NCBI GenBank assembly: GCA_964187785.1
Contig: OZ076411.1
Location: 68,572,001 to 68,636,000, forward strand
Reading direction: 5' to 3'
DNA: 64,000 nt
Source: Amphiscolops sp. MND2022
Lineage: Eukaryota
The notes under the pieces are model-generated. The model was not told the DNA's origin and searched no databases. It saw only the letters and a program-made list of their open reading frames with translations. The position numbers and the translations under genes are program-made. Below, piece by piece: positions 1 through 22,495 of this stretch. Position 1 is the first letter of the stretch. Each line of letters starts with the position of its first letter.

Positions 1-155
1 TGCTATTTGGGAAGCGGCAATTGCATCAGAGGGGTAGTTGAGAAGTGTAAAACAAAATGATAGTGTCACTAGTGGCACAGGAAGTTTTTGCAATAGTTTT
101 TCTATTCCAAGTAATTCACTTGCTTTAGTGGAAGCTACAGGGTAATCCTGCAAAA

Positions 156-270
156 TTTTTCAACCCTGATTTTTCAAGTTTTCGCCTAGGAAAAATACCT
201 GTTTTGAGACAATTGTCTCGAAAAAGACTTTTTCATAAGCGAAAACCTGAAAAAAATGAGGGTTGAAAAA
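156..270. repeat. Imperfect hairpin (about 40-bp arms, palindromic loop); probable MITE-derived sequence
   Basis: TTTTTCAACCCTGATTTTTCAAGTTTTCGCCTAGGAAAA (156-195) is the near reverse complement of TTTTCATAAGCGAAAACCTGAAAAAAATGAGGGTTGAAAAA (about 230-270); the loop contains GAGACAATTGTCTC. Confidence 0.6.
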
Positions 271-2100
271 TAAGATACTTGCAAGATCCTTGCAGATAAT
301 GCTTGATATGTTTCACTTCAAGATTCTTGCAAGAAATGTATGGGAGTTCGACTGGGGAAGTCAAAATCTTATCAAATTTATCAATATTGGGCGAATTTCC
401 AGAAGGTTGAAAATGCAATGGGTTGATATCGTAGGCGGTTAAATAACAACGATTGAACTTGCATTGGTCAAAATTGCACAGGATGAAATGTCCTGTAAAC
501 AGAAGTGCGTAGACTAATTTACAGAAAAATTTATAAACTCTGTAAACCTGAGGTATTCGCGGAAAACACATAGGCAAAGATGCGAAATATAATTTTGAAG
601 TCGTATAGAATTATCAAAAACCATCAATTTTTCAACAGGAAAATTTTTCGGGAAAAACTAGTAAAAAGATAGTCGGCATGGTATATTCGGTACCTGTGGA
701 ACGTTGACGTCCCACACACGAGTATACATGCTTTGTGACAGTGTTCCATTGAAGTTATATTGCTAAGTGACAACGGGCCACGTGTTGAAACGTTGGAAAT
801 CAAAAGCAAACGTCAATTCCAAAATTTCAACGTCTGAAAAAATTTTTAGCTGGAAAAGTGATTAATTCAATACGGTAATATTGGTGCATACAGATACAAG
901 TTCGACCGAACGCTGCATATAACTAAATATGGAACATTATGTCAGCTTTCAGATGTTACAAGAAAATGTTTCATTTCATTTGTGTTATAACTAGGTTTCA
1001 TCTCGACCAAACACTTTTTTGGTCAACCATATTTTAATTAAATCGTGTCACAGTAAAGCCTAATTGTTAAGCCTGTCATCAATGCCTAATTTTGCATTTT
1101 TCCAAAAAAAACTGCATTCTACAGAAAACCATGTTTTTGTCTCTTTTCAAAGGAAACTGCCCAATGTTAAAGTTAAAAGTGAGCATAAATCGATAACTTA
1201 AGAAAACTCACAATTTAACCGCGAAAATGAAAATTTTTCAGCTTACAAAAGTGACAACATCAAAGCCTCTCTTACTCTGGAGTGGTTGAAATCAATGGTT
1301 TTAAGTAGCTTATGAGTTGTGGGCCTTTTGAGTTGTTCTTTTTTCAGAGAGACCCGACAGTCAAATGATCAAAGCTTTGTAGTTGCTGAGATGTAAAATT
1401 TTGTGGTGTCATCGCGAAATGAGAATCGCCTCAAAAGCGGAAAGTTCATTCGAAATACTTGTAATTTTCAATAGAGTTATGTTATCATAATATATTATAC
1501 AATATCAAAGATACAATATGGAAGACCCATCTAGAAGAAAAAAATGACTATGGCTATTGCAAAAGTTAATTCTTGACACACGAAAGAAGCAAAGTTAAAA
1601 TTAAACTAGAAAAGACAGTAAAAATATTCCGGCCCAGCAGCTGAAGCGAACAAACGTCGATAATAATCTCAAGGAATCCATTCGAAATAACATTTTAAAG
1701 TTAAGATTCTAATTTACTCGAGTAAAGTTGGAAACAATTACAGTTGCACAGAATTTTTATGGAAACAAAATCCGTGAAGATTTCATGATTTTAGCCTACA
1801 GTTGTATGTTGACAATTCTTCTTCTCTCTCCGTTATTATTTTTGAGGGTTGTATTTTCATTCATCGTGGCGATCCGCGTTTTCTAACGTGAGTTTTGTAT
1901 TGTTTTGCATATTCTGGTAAGTGGTCCGTTTTTATACGAGCAAAATCTTCTGCCGTTATACAGTGATACTTCAGAATGTTTTTCGCAAACTGACCAGGTC
2001 TAAAATTTGAAAAAAAAAATTATGCTTGCTGTCCAGCTTACATGGTCAAAGATGAAATATGAAAAGAAAAGAAACAGTTGAACAGATTTTGATTTATACA

Positions 2101-2405
2101 AACAAAATATATACAATACTGGGAAAATGTTTTTTTTTTAATATTGACCTCTGAACACTCCCAAGGTTCTACTTCTTTGAAATGGTTCGTTGTTTCACCC
2201 GCTTTACATTTTCCCCAGAATGTGACGAGATTGCTTGCTGTTGTTATCAATATTGATAACAACAGCAAGCAATCTCGTCACATTCTGGGGAAAATGTAAA
2301 GCGGGTGAAACAACGAACGAACCATTTCAAAGAAGTAGAACCTTGGGAGTGTTCAGAGGTCAATATTAAAAAAAAACATTTTCCCAGTGTTGTATAAATT
2401 TTGTT
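2101..2405. repeat. Long near-perfect loop-less palindrome (about 150-bp arms)
   Basis: Symmetry centre between 2251 and 2252 (ATCAAT|ATTGAT). Arms match apart from a 4-nt ACGA duplication in the right arm and a few substitutions at the distal ends. Confidence 0.95.
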
Positions 2406-2419
2406 AAAATAAATTTTGT

Positions 2420-2585
2420 AAAATAAAGGACGATTTCTTGAAGCAGGTTTTTGGTCATTTCTGCGTAAGCTGGAGTAAACTTGATCTAAAATATATCATC
2501 TGCAGATGATATATTTTAGATCAAGTTTACTCCAGCTTACGCAGAAATGACCAAAAACCTGCTTCAAGAAATCGTCCTTTATTTT
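2420..2585. repeat. Second perfect loop-less palindrome (83-bp arms)
   Basis: Centre between 2502 and 2503 (CATCTG|CAGATG); AAAATAAAGGACG...CGTCCTTTATTTT; no mismatch seen. Confidence 0.95.
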
Positions 2586-3329
2586 GTAACTCGTTTCCTT
2601 GTGACTGACAGTCCTTAAGCATGGAAAAGGTGGAAACAAAAATTGCCTTAAAACTGAAAGAAGACGTGGAAAAACTGTTGACTTTTAACAGCAATGAAAA
2701 AAGGAAAGGATATTCATTAACAAAATCACGAAAGCCTTCATTTGAAACAAAACTAATGTTACTCAATCAGGACAGAAAATGAAATTGAGCAGCTTTTCTG
2801 GTTTCTACCCGAAACCAATGAAAATTGAAAACGTGAAAGAAAAGTCAGCGAAGAATCTTTTTAGACGAAGTAAGAAATTCTTTTGAAATGTGAAGCGCTG
2901 TCCTTGCTGTTACATGAAATGCGGAATAATTTCGTCCAATAATTATCTGTGAATTTCTGAAACCTTAAACATTTTCTGATACCAAAATCATATCTTTGAG
3001 CCAGTTGTTTGTTAGTTTTTTCTTCAATTTTTTTCCAACAGACTTCTATCAGGCGGTAGTACAGCTGTAGGCAGCAGCCCGTTTTGACTTCCTTTTGTTG
3101 CATACAAACAATTATCGCCTTCAGCGTTGTCGAGATTCTATTTTCATTTGAAAATTTAAATTTTACGAAGGATGAGAATTTAAAACATAAAATTCATCGA
3201 ATGTCTTTCTGTTTTCGTTTAAATCGGTTCCAGCTGCAAGTGGTATATGCTAGGACTCAAGAGCATATGATTAATTTCGAAAAGAAGTTGAACAAGATCA
3301 CGATGCATTTAATGCGATCAATATCAAGC

Positions 3330-4960
3330 AGTTAAAATAGGAAGTCACAGAACCTATTCAACTTTTGACCGATCTTTTCAAAATACTCCATGAAGGTTAA
3401 ACTCATAAAAGCCAACAACGACTGCCGAGCAAACTTCCTTGGATAGAAACCCTGAATACATACTTTGTTAATGTTGGAAAATCTCTATCGTTAAAATTAA
3501 CAAAAAATTTTATAGAGTTCCAGTTTTTTCTATAGAAGAAACCATGTCAATTCAACCCACCGATGATTTGAATTTGGGTCTTTAATTGCAAATGGAAAAA
3601 GGAGAAAAGTTGCAGCTTCGATGGAATTAGCATTGAAGCTTTAAAGTGCTGATCAGCAGTGATAGAAGGGCATCTATCGTTAGCTTTCAACGAACGCAAA
3701 AATGAACTTTTTTACCGAAATCCTTCGAGGTAGCAAAAGTAGCTAAAGTTATTCCCCTTTTCAAAGAAGGAAACAAGCATGACCTGGGAAAGTTACGGCC
3801 AATTAGCTTCTTGAGTTCCTCAGGTTCAGTTGTTGAAAAGATTATACAAAAACGAATGATTGAGTTTAGTACAAACTTCAATTTGTTATGCCCAGCATAA
3901 TATGGTTTCAGGGATAAATTATCTTTTGTTGACGCGATAGCAGCAGTGAAAGAGTGTACGCGATTTAAGATTGACAAAAAAGATCAAGGACAAAGATGCT
4001 TCATCGACTTACAAAAAACTTGTGATACCCTTACACATAACCTGAGGGATGTCCTATCTTGACAGTGACGGCTTTAGGAAAAGGTCCACAATATTTATGG
4101 GTAGTTATCTCTCAGATAGAAAACCAAAATGCTTCTTACAATGGTACAAGTACGCCGTGCCTGAACGTTGAAATAGGTGTACGTTGAAATCAGTCTTTGG
4201 AGCTTTTCTGTTTTTGTTTTATACGAATGACATCAACTTAGGAGAGAGTGATTGCAAATTATCGATTTTTGCTGATGATACTATTCACATTAAAGCCAAT
4301 CGTGAAGGTTGGTGCTCAATTCAACAGGAAATCGATTGAATGTTAGAATGGTTCTGTGGAAATAAGCTGAGTATTAATAAAGACAAATGTGAATCAATAT
4401 CCTTTGGAACAGGACACCATAGTAATCTCCGTAAATTGGACAAAAATTTGACCTTCAAAAGTGCATGCAAATATTATATCGGAACTTAGTGAAAAACTCA
4501 ATAAATTTTGTGGTCTTTTATATAGAAAACGACAAATGAACATGCAGAAGTGTCCATTGATGTTTTATAACTCATTTGCAGAGTCTGGAATTTGTTATGG
4601 TCTTATGATATATGGATCCGGAACTAATTTACAAACATTGAATCTGCTCAATGGAGAATCATTCGAGCAAACTTTTTCAACAAAAAAAACTTGACTCTCT
4701 GCAAGAGATTTTATATTGTAAGAAATTTATAACAGTCTTCGAACGCTTCATTGTAGAGAACTTAGAAGAACTTTTACGATACGACAACGATGGCAAATGG
4801 CCAAAAGGAAAAATTGATTTTGATATGCCTTCTCAAACCGCTTACTCTACCAAAGTGCACGAAAAAGGTTTATTCGCAACTACCTATAGTAAAACATCTA
4901 TCCAGCGTTTGTTTTGGGTAATTTTCTGAGGAAAACTTTCAACTGACTGACAGTAGCCAG
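3330..4960 (+). mobile_element. Degenerate non-LTR retrotransposon (LINE, CR1/L2/Jockey-type) RT region
   Basis: Broken + strand frames read LNTYFVNVGKSL, SCSFDGISIEALK, KVAKVIPLFKEG...RPISFL, YGFR, CFIDLQKTCDT and FADDT (4268-4282); multiple stops and frameshifts. Confidence 0.85.
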
Positions 4961-6199
4961 TTTGCTGCTCTGCAACTCGAAGAAACTCAAAACTCCGATT
5001 CTAAATTAAGGGTTTGATATCAAAAATACCTAACGTTTTCATTGCTGCTAATAAGTATCTCTTTTTGCTTTATCTGGAAAAGTTTGATTCCTAGTTTCGT
5101 AATAAGTACCATATGCTTCACCAATATAGTTAGGAATATTGGCACACTAGCAAGTCCTTGATATACAGTAAGACCAGAAGTAGACATGAGATCGGTCCAT
5201 GTTGGACAACCTTCTTGTCTGTGTTTCTCGTCACACAGAACTCTACTCTCTTTTGAAACTTTTTCTGAGGTAGTCACTCGAAATCTCTAAGAATGGTCCT
5301 CTAAGGTAAGAATTTACCTTTTTGAGTTTTTTTGAAAGATCAATCATCAATCGAGAGCGTCGACTGCTTTCCTGAGAAGAACGAAACACGCTAGTCAAAT
5401 TAATTGTTTGTTATCTGAGTTGTTATCTCAGTATCTAGTCAGTTGCACTGATCGCATGAGTGTTTTTTGTAATCCAAAATGCTTGCATGCGAAGTTTTTT
5501 GTGAAAGCGATTATTGGATTTCACATTGATTTTGCTGATTGCGCATAAACTTTTTAGTTCGTGTATTGAGAACGTTTTCTTTCACCTTGCTTGAAAATTG
5601 TAACAAACTTTGCCAATTTCAAGAATTCAGTAACTTCCTGTTTATCGTGCAGTTTTTGAATGCTTTACCATTTTCAATTATTGTTGAAGATTGTTTTATC
5701 TTTTCGTTGCTTAATTCATCTTAACTAACGCAAATTTTGTGTTTCATCTTTTTCGAATGTTTCCGATAATTCGTTTTAATAAAAAAACACAATTTCTCCA
5801 AGATTCAATACATTTATCGGTGTTTCCCGACTCGGGTTTTTTCAATATACAACTGTCACTTGGCCCACTAATACGAAACGTTTGTGGTCGAAACTCAAAC
5901 GTGACTAAAAATATTAATTGATACTTTGACATCCGTTTGCATGTTTTTAATGCCAACACTTTTGAGAATGAAATGTTTTGGAATTGCTTAATCAAATTTT
6001 TAATCGTCTGATAATATCGTATATGCATGACAAATATTGCGCCGAATTGAACCATTCAATTCTCCATCCACGCTTTAATATACCTTTACATCAAAATGCG
6101 ACAACGCCCAGTATTCACAGAACGTGGATATTTATTTTTAATGAAACTTGTCTATTTTATTATTTATAGCTCTTTCGCTAATATATGCTCAAAAAATTG

Positions 6200-8000
6200 T
6201 TTCCGAATTTCGAATTTCTGATCGATTGACAGATAAATTGCTGACATTTGCTCTAAATTGGGATATTGCAAAACGATTTACGAGGCTTCTCTTGAAATGA
6301 ATCACATATGCTTCATTTTTGTCATACATTTCCTCAATTTCACAACTAATGTAGTTTGTTTCTGATTACTGATCACAAAAGGTTATTTGACAAATAGTTT
6401 TCACTACCAAAAATGTGACGCATGTAGGGGAGGGAGAGATAATGTGGATACGCCTCCCATTTGTGTTTTTTTGTGGGTGGTTTGGTAATTTGAGTTACAA
6501 AATCCTTGAAAGGTGCGTACAAAATACTTTCATTCCTTTTTTTCTGATGAAAATATTTCTGTTATGAAACTACTATTATGGAATACTCCTTAATGAGATT
6601 ATGAGAACCTATGATTTTCTAATTTTTGGAAACATTCTACGTATTTAAAGTTATCAACTACATTTGAATCTCAATAAATATCAATTTTCAGTTGAGGAGA
6701 CATTTTGCAATGCAGCGTGTAAAGGACACATAGAAAGTGCCAGTTGAACTTGACAGAGGTTGTTTTTGAATAATAAATTTGCGGTTATTTGAGATGGCGT
6801 GACAGTTAGAATTAGATGTTGGTGCAATTGTTGTGACGAGGGATGTCATTTTGGGGTTATACCTGTACTACTACTACTACCACCACCGCCGCCCGTCCAT
6901 TGGCCCGGTGTTTGCGCTGGAACAAATGCCCCTTTGATAGGACACAGGTGTGGTGATTGTGTTGCCTTTGTATTTTCCGTTGGCGGCGGGATCTGCCTTT
7001 TTCATAATGGACACTTGCATAATGATGAAAAATTCAGCGTTGTATGCACTTTGGCTTGTCATATCTCTTGATTGACGTTCCGATGAGCTTGTGATCGCTC
7101 ATTGGTCAAATATGCATGAATGATTAAGCAATTTGATAAAAGAGGAGGGGCCCATGTCAGTTATGGACGGGGGACGTGCTTCTGACAGTGGTTGCGGCCG
7201 TCAGCGAGAAGAGAAAGTTCTTCAGCACGTATTCAGTCATGCAAAGACATTGTGAGACGGCGGTTTAGAGGCACAACGATACCAGTATTACGACGCAGCT
7301 GACAGACTTAGAGAAGAGGAGAAACGGCGCGAATGAGCAGCAGTTAGAATTCTAAAACCAACCAAAGACACCTCCGCCGAACTCGCTAACCAAACACGTT
7401 TCAGTGTTGACGTCGAAAACAGTGGCGAATGTTCGAGAAGAGCTGAGAATTTAGAAACCACGACAACGGAGCGAAGGAGCGGAATTGAGAATTGTGAATT
7501 CTTTAAAGAATTGAAGAAGATATTTATGAGATACAAGATATTGTATAGATACAGGAGAAAGGATCCTAGCTTGACAGCGTTCCTTGGTCGTTCACTCGAA
7601 CACTGAATTGTCAATCGAGCGGCTAGTTTTGACGCACCGGCCGAGGCTTCGTTCCATTAGAGCAGTTCAGAGCAGCGTTGGCTTGGTTTTTGGTTTCTGT
7701 TTTCATTTTCGGCACTACTGTAGATTGTGGTGGCGTCGGCGGCTGCTATTGGCTGTGAGGCTGAAGCAATTGGCTTTGGTGTTTCGGCCGAGGCGGCTCA
7801 GATCTGCAAGGAAGCGAGCATGGAAAGCAGAGCCGCAGCTGTCAATCCATCTAGCTGGAACTCCAAATAGACATTTTTAAAACAACTTGTGCTAACTCGC
7901 CAATTTTTATAATTCACTCAACCATTAAACAGAAGACCTTTAGAAAATTGAGCCAATAAAAATTGAGCTGCCGTGCACGCTTCCCTGATGCTATATCCAT
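6200..8000. promoter_or_regulatory. Putative upstream regulatory/promoter region of the KLF gene with clustered TGACAG (TALE/Meis-type) sites
   Basis: TGACAG or CTGTCA at 6227, 6751, 6800, 7183, 7300, 7572, 7839; locally higher GC; CAGCTG E-boxes overlap two sites. Function is inferred. Confidence 0.4.
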
Positions 8001-8240
8001 GTCAGTGGGATTCAAATGTTCATTTAATCACTTCCAACAACTGTGGAATGTTTGCTCACTTCACAGCCCATAAATTGTTATTGATTCGACAGTCTCAATA
8101 AATAATTCAATTTGGAAATTAGCAGTTGAAAAATCAATCGGAAAGCCAAGACGTGAAATATTAGTTTCCTGTGTGACCAGTCACGTTTTTGCAAGGCCCT
8201 TCCGGAAATAGAAGCAACGTTTTCACGTGCAATTTACCCC

Positions 8241-8267
8241 TACTACTACTACTACTACTACTACTAC
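8241..8267 (+). repeat. (TAC)9 microsatellite
   Basis: Direct reading of the sequence. Confidence 0.95.
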
Positions 8268-9261
8268 TGATACTACTGAACAACCGCCTTTGAAAGTTGC
8301 CACAAAAGACTTCGTAACCTAATTGGCTGCATTTTGCTTCAATCAGACAGCAGAAATAGGAATTAACTAACTGTTGCCATTCTTTTTTGTCCAAAGGGAA
8401 CGTCGACCTTTTATTTTCTATTTGTCACTCTCTCGTTGTGTGACATCCCTACAAGAGTGGTTAATCCATTCCCACTCTTTTTGTTATCATGTTTCCCTCT
8501 TCTTTCGCTATGTTAGCTCCGTCGCCATCAGCCACTCATATCTTTCCTAATAATTCTATCATGGTACGTATTCAAAGCTTTCATATCTTTTCATAATCAA
8601 CATTTCCCCTCTCCTTTCATTTCATTCCTAGACTCAAACCGAAACCAGTTTACCCAAAAGGTGAGAAATTTGCCTCAAATTTAAAATTTGAATTTTTTCC
8701 AATTTTTCATTTTTTGAGATTCTTGAGAAACAAAACTTCTCGTTGCCTTTCCTTAACTCCTCAATCAGCGAAAATTTTGTAATCAGACCATTTTTCGAAA
8801 ATTTTTCCAAACTACAAAGTCCAAGCTTCTCCTTTTAAAAAGGTATCTGATATTCACTGAGCAAAAAAAATAAGCTAGCAACAAAACTAATAAGGAATAT
8901 CTTATGTTCATTATTTCCATATCGAAAAGATTTTCTTTTATTGATATTCATTTATTGACTCGAAAAACGTAGATCATATTTTTTTCAATTTCCCAAGAAT
9001 TCAATAATGAGTAAAAGAAGAATTTATTTATTCAGGTTAGATTACACATCATTATTGTGCATTTCACATTGTGACCATTCCCATTATGAAAAAATTAACT
9101 GAAACTACTTTTTCTCAAAACGGTAATCATAATTGTTCGTTTCTGTGCCATACATATTTTTCAACTTTTTCACACTGATAGATGAAAAAAATTATTGCCA
9201 TTAACTCAAAACAATTAGATGATTCGCACTTCATTCAATTTGTACATGTTTCTCTGTTTAG

Positions 9262-19902
<10,641 letters not shown>

Positions 19903-20047
19903 TGACGTCACTATGATGCAATTATTACGTCAGTCCAACGGCACACTTCAACGCAATCGATAAACTGAAACTGACAAAACTAGCAAACTTTCCACTGGTA
20001 GTTGTTTTAATTAAGGTGCCGGGTATCGTTTTCATGATGACAATTTT

Positions 20048-20053
20048 AATAAA
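20048..20053 (+). other. Candidate polyadenylation signal of the KLF gene
   Basis: First AATAAA, 145 nt after the stop codon, followed by T-rich sequence. Confidence 0.4.
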
Positions 20054-21039
20054 GTTCATTTTAGCATTGTAACTGGTCAAGATTCTAGAAATTGTCTTTC
20101 TATTCAAATGTCTATTTTAGATTTCAAAGCCTTAACTGTTTATTCTATTTCTTTCCATTCAAATTTAAGCTTTCATTGCATTCATATTTTTCACAGCACT
20201 TCATTTGAAAGAAGTTTTTTTTAGTTTTGGTCAAAAAAGCTGAGGTTATCAAATTTTACCCAACAAGCTTTTCTTTGCGTTCGTGAATAAATCACCGATA
20301 TGACTCATCCAATCATTTTGCAAAGGTAAATTGAGAAGACGACTTTGAGCAACAACAAGCGATGGATTTTTATTTTTTACTGGAATCTCATGATTGACTT
20401 TCCGTGAAACGTTAATCTAGAAGATTAACCTATAGCATTGCTTGACGGACATGGATTGAATTGACAGACAATTATGCAAACCAAACCGCAATTTATTCAA
20501 TTGCTTTGAAATGAACTGATGATTCGAAAACCAGCCACTGTTCAATGAATGCGCTTTTGAGGAAAACAGGAATAGCTCTGATTATAACACAAAAAGTGCG
20601 AAGTTTCAATCATTATAAGACAATTTAATCTTTTTCATTTAGGAGTTTCACGCTTAGTCAAAGCGAGTAGTGTCTAGATTTGAACAGAAAGTACGGGCTG
20701 GGAGATATCAAAATATTGATGCGACAACATGAAAATGTGTTTAGCGCAGCTGAGCAAAAATATCTCCGATTGAACTACCAATTATTGTTTTCTTTAAAAA
20801 AAACTCCGGCAACAAAATGCATCAATTATACGAACTTTCGAATTCGAAAAAGCGAGAAAAACGCTAACAAAGCACGACAACTCGAAAGCTGCAGTGTGTG
20901 ACTAGAGAGAAAAAAAATTTCCTTTTTGTAAGTTTTTGCAATATTTTGGTATTTTTCCCGAGCGTTCTTGTTTTTTTTTCAAAAAACTTGAATTCTGTGG
21001 AGAATTCATATCATATCACAATTGTGATGTGATCCCGAG

Positions 21040-21510
21040 GGGCTGTGATGCCATTGACATTTAAAGTGGGATTTATTTCCGATTTTACCATACCGAACTG
21101 ATGGCAAACGCCCAGACGGTGTTACCATGATTCCTTGGGAAATAGGTAAACAGCTGGTGTGCGGTGTCACAGTTGTGGATGCTTTTGTACCCAGTCGCCT
21201 GAATCAAGAATCCTTATGCAAACCTGGAACCACCGCCACCGAGGCTGAAGCACGTAAAACTGAGAAGTATCGCGAATTGATAGACAGTGGATACTTTTTC
21301 AACCAATGGCCATGGAAGTACATGGTTTTTTGGCGAGAGCAGTGAAATTTTCATTACGCATCTCTGTAAAATGCTTTGTCGTTCACACGACAATCAGTGA
21401 GCTGGCAGTTTTTAGAAACAATGGATCTCAATGGCTCTTCAGATCGACAATGCGGCCTGTGTTCTAGGAACTGTGAGCGACAGAGATGCGTTTGAAGAAA
21501 TTTATTACAA
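21040..21510 (+). mobile_element. 3' fragment of a CRE-like non-LTR retrotransposon (restriction-like endonuclease domain), degenerate
   Basis: DGKRPDGVTMIPWEIGKQLVCGVTVVDAFVPS...AEARKTEKYREL, then in another frame ISMALQIDNAACVLGT. Matches the RPDG/PW/DVT/K..KY and QRxNAxxxLGT motifs of RLE-type elements. Confidence 0.8.
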
Positions 21511-22495
21511 ATAGTACTGTTTGTTGGGAATGACTTTCTTCTTTGCAACTCGACGATCAGCGTGGGTTGTGTTGTTTTTTTTCCGTTGTTCTGTTTCTTT
21601 CGGTCGACTGTGATAGTGAGTGATATGAGTAGGTTGTAGGCCGTTTTTTTGTGTCTAGCGGTCTACTGAGATAGTGACTGGCATGAGGTTTCCTCCTTTC
21701 GTTGCAGACCACAGGTGTGTGTCTTCTCCTCCAACATGATGTCACACATGACACTTGATTGTGGTATCTTATAGAGGAAAAGTGCAAAAATGACCCAAAA
21801 TGTATCAAAAATGCAAAATTACAAAAGTGTTAGACAAGTTTCTGCATACTAGGAACTTTTCCTTCGGTGTTTTCGTAAAAAACGTCGATTATAGTAGCGG
21901 TTTTTTAGGAGTTGGAAAAAATTTTCGACTACTTATGCAATCGTGCTGTTTTTTTTGTTTTTTTTTTCCTCCCGAGTTTTTCATGAAACTTTCAAATTTC
22001 TCAAAAACTGTCCATACGATTTTCACGAAATTTTGGACAGTCATTCTACACCCAAAGGGGCCCTTGGGTGTGCAAAGGCATCAAAATCGTATGGCTGGGA
22101 TGTGAGAAACATAGCCAAAATTAGCCCAAAATTGGCCAAAAAACAGCCACTGTATTACTGTATTTTAGAATTTATTTTGAAGTCTCCGGTAAGTGGCATA
22201 GTGCCGAAAAATGTAAAAAGGGGGACCCTTTGATATTTTTTGAAAATCCATTGTGTTGCAAACTAGAAATAACTGAAGAGGGACCCTTTGGAGACATTAA
22301 GAAAGTTTGCCAAAAAAGTCTCACAAAGCCAAAATAACATGCGCAAAAAATTTTGGTCAAGGGCGAGACTCGAACCCACGTCCCTCAAAAGATCCTAATT
22401 AACTTTTTTCAAAGTGCCAGTAGAAGTAGCCGTTCAGTGTGGCGGTTAGTGTTAGTGGAAGCCAGCTTGTAAAGCTTATGAAATCTGTCACTTAG

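Noticed and set aside
2038-2766. ORFs 2038-2268 and 2527-2766 (minus strand)
   Set aside because: Short, motif-less frames overlapping the palindromes; by-products of the repeat.
5020-5277. Minus-strand ORF with YQGLASVPIFLTI, faintly like the RT QGxxLSP motif
   Set aside because: Too degenerate, with no adjacent catalytic motif found; cannot support a call.
7288-7880. ORFs around 7.3-7.9 kb as a separate gene
   Set aside because: No recognisable motif or consistent splice model; more likely KLF 5' UTR or promoter.
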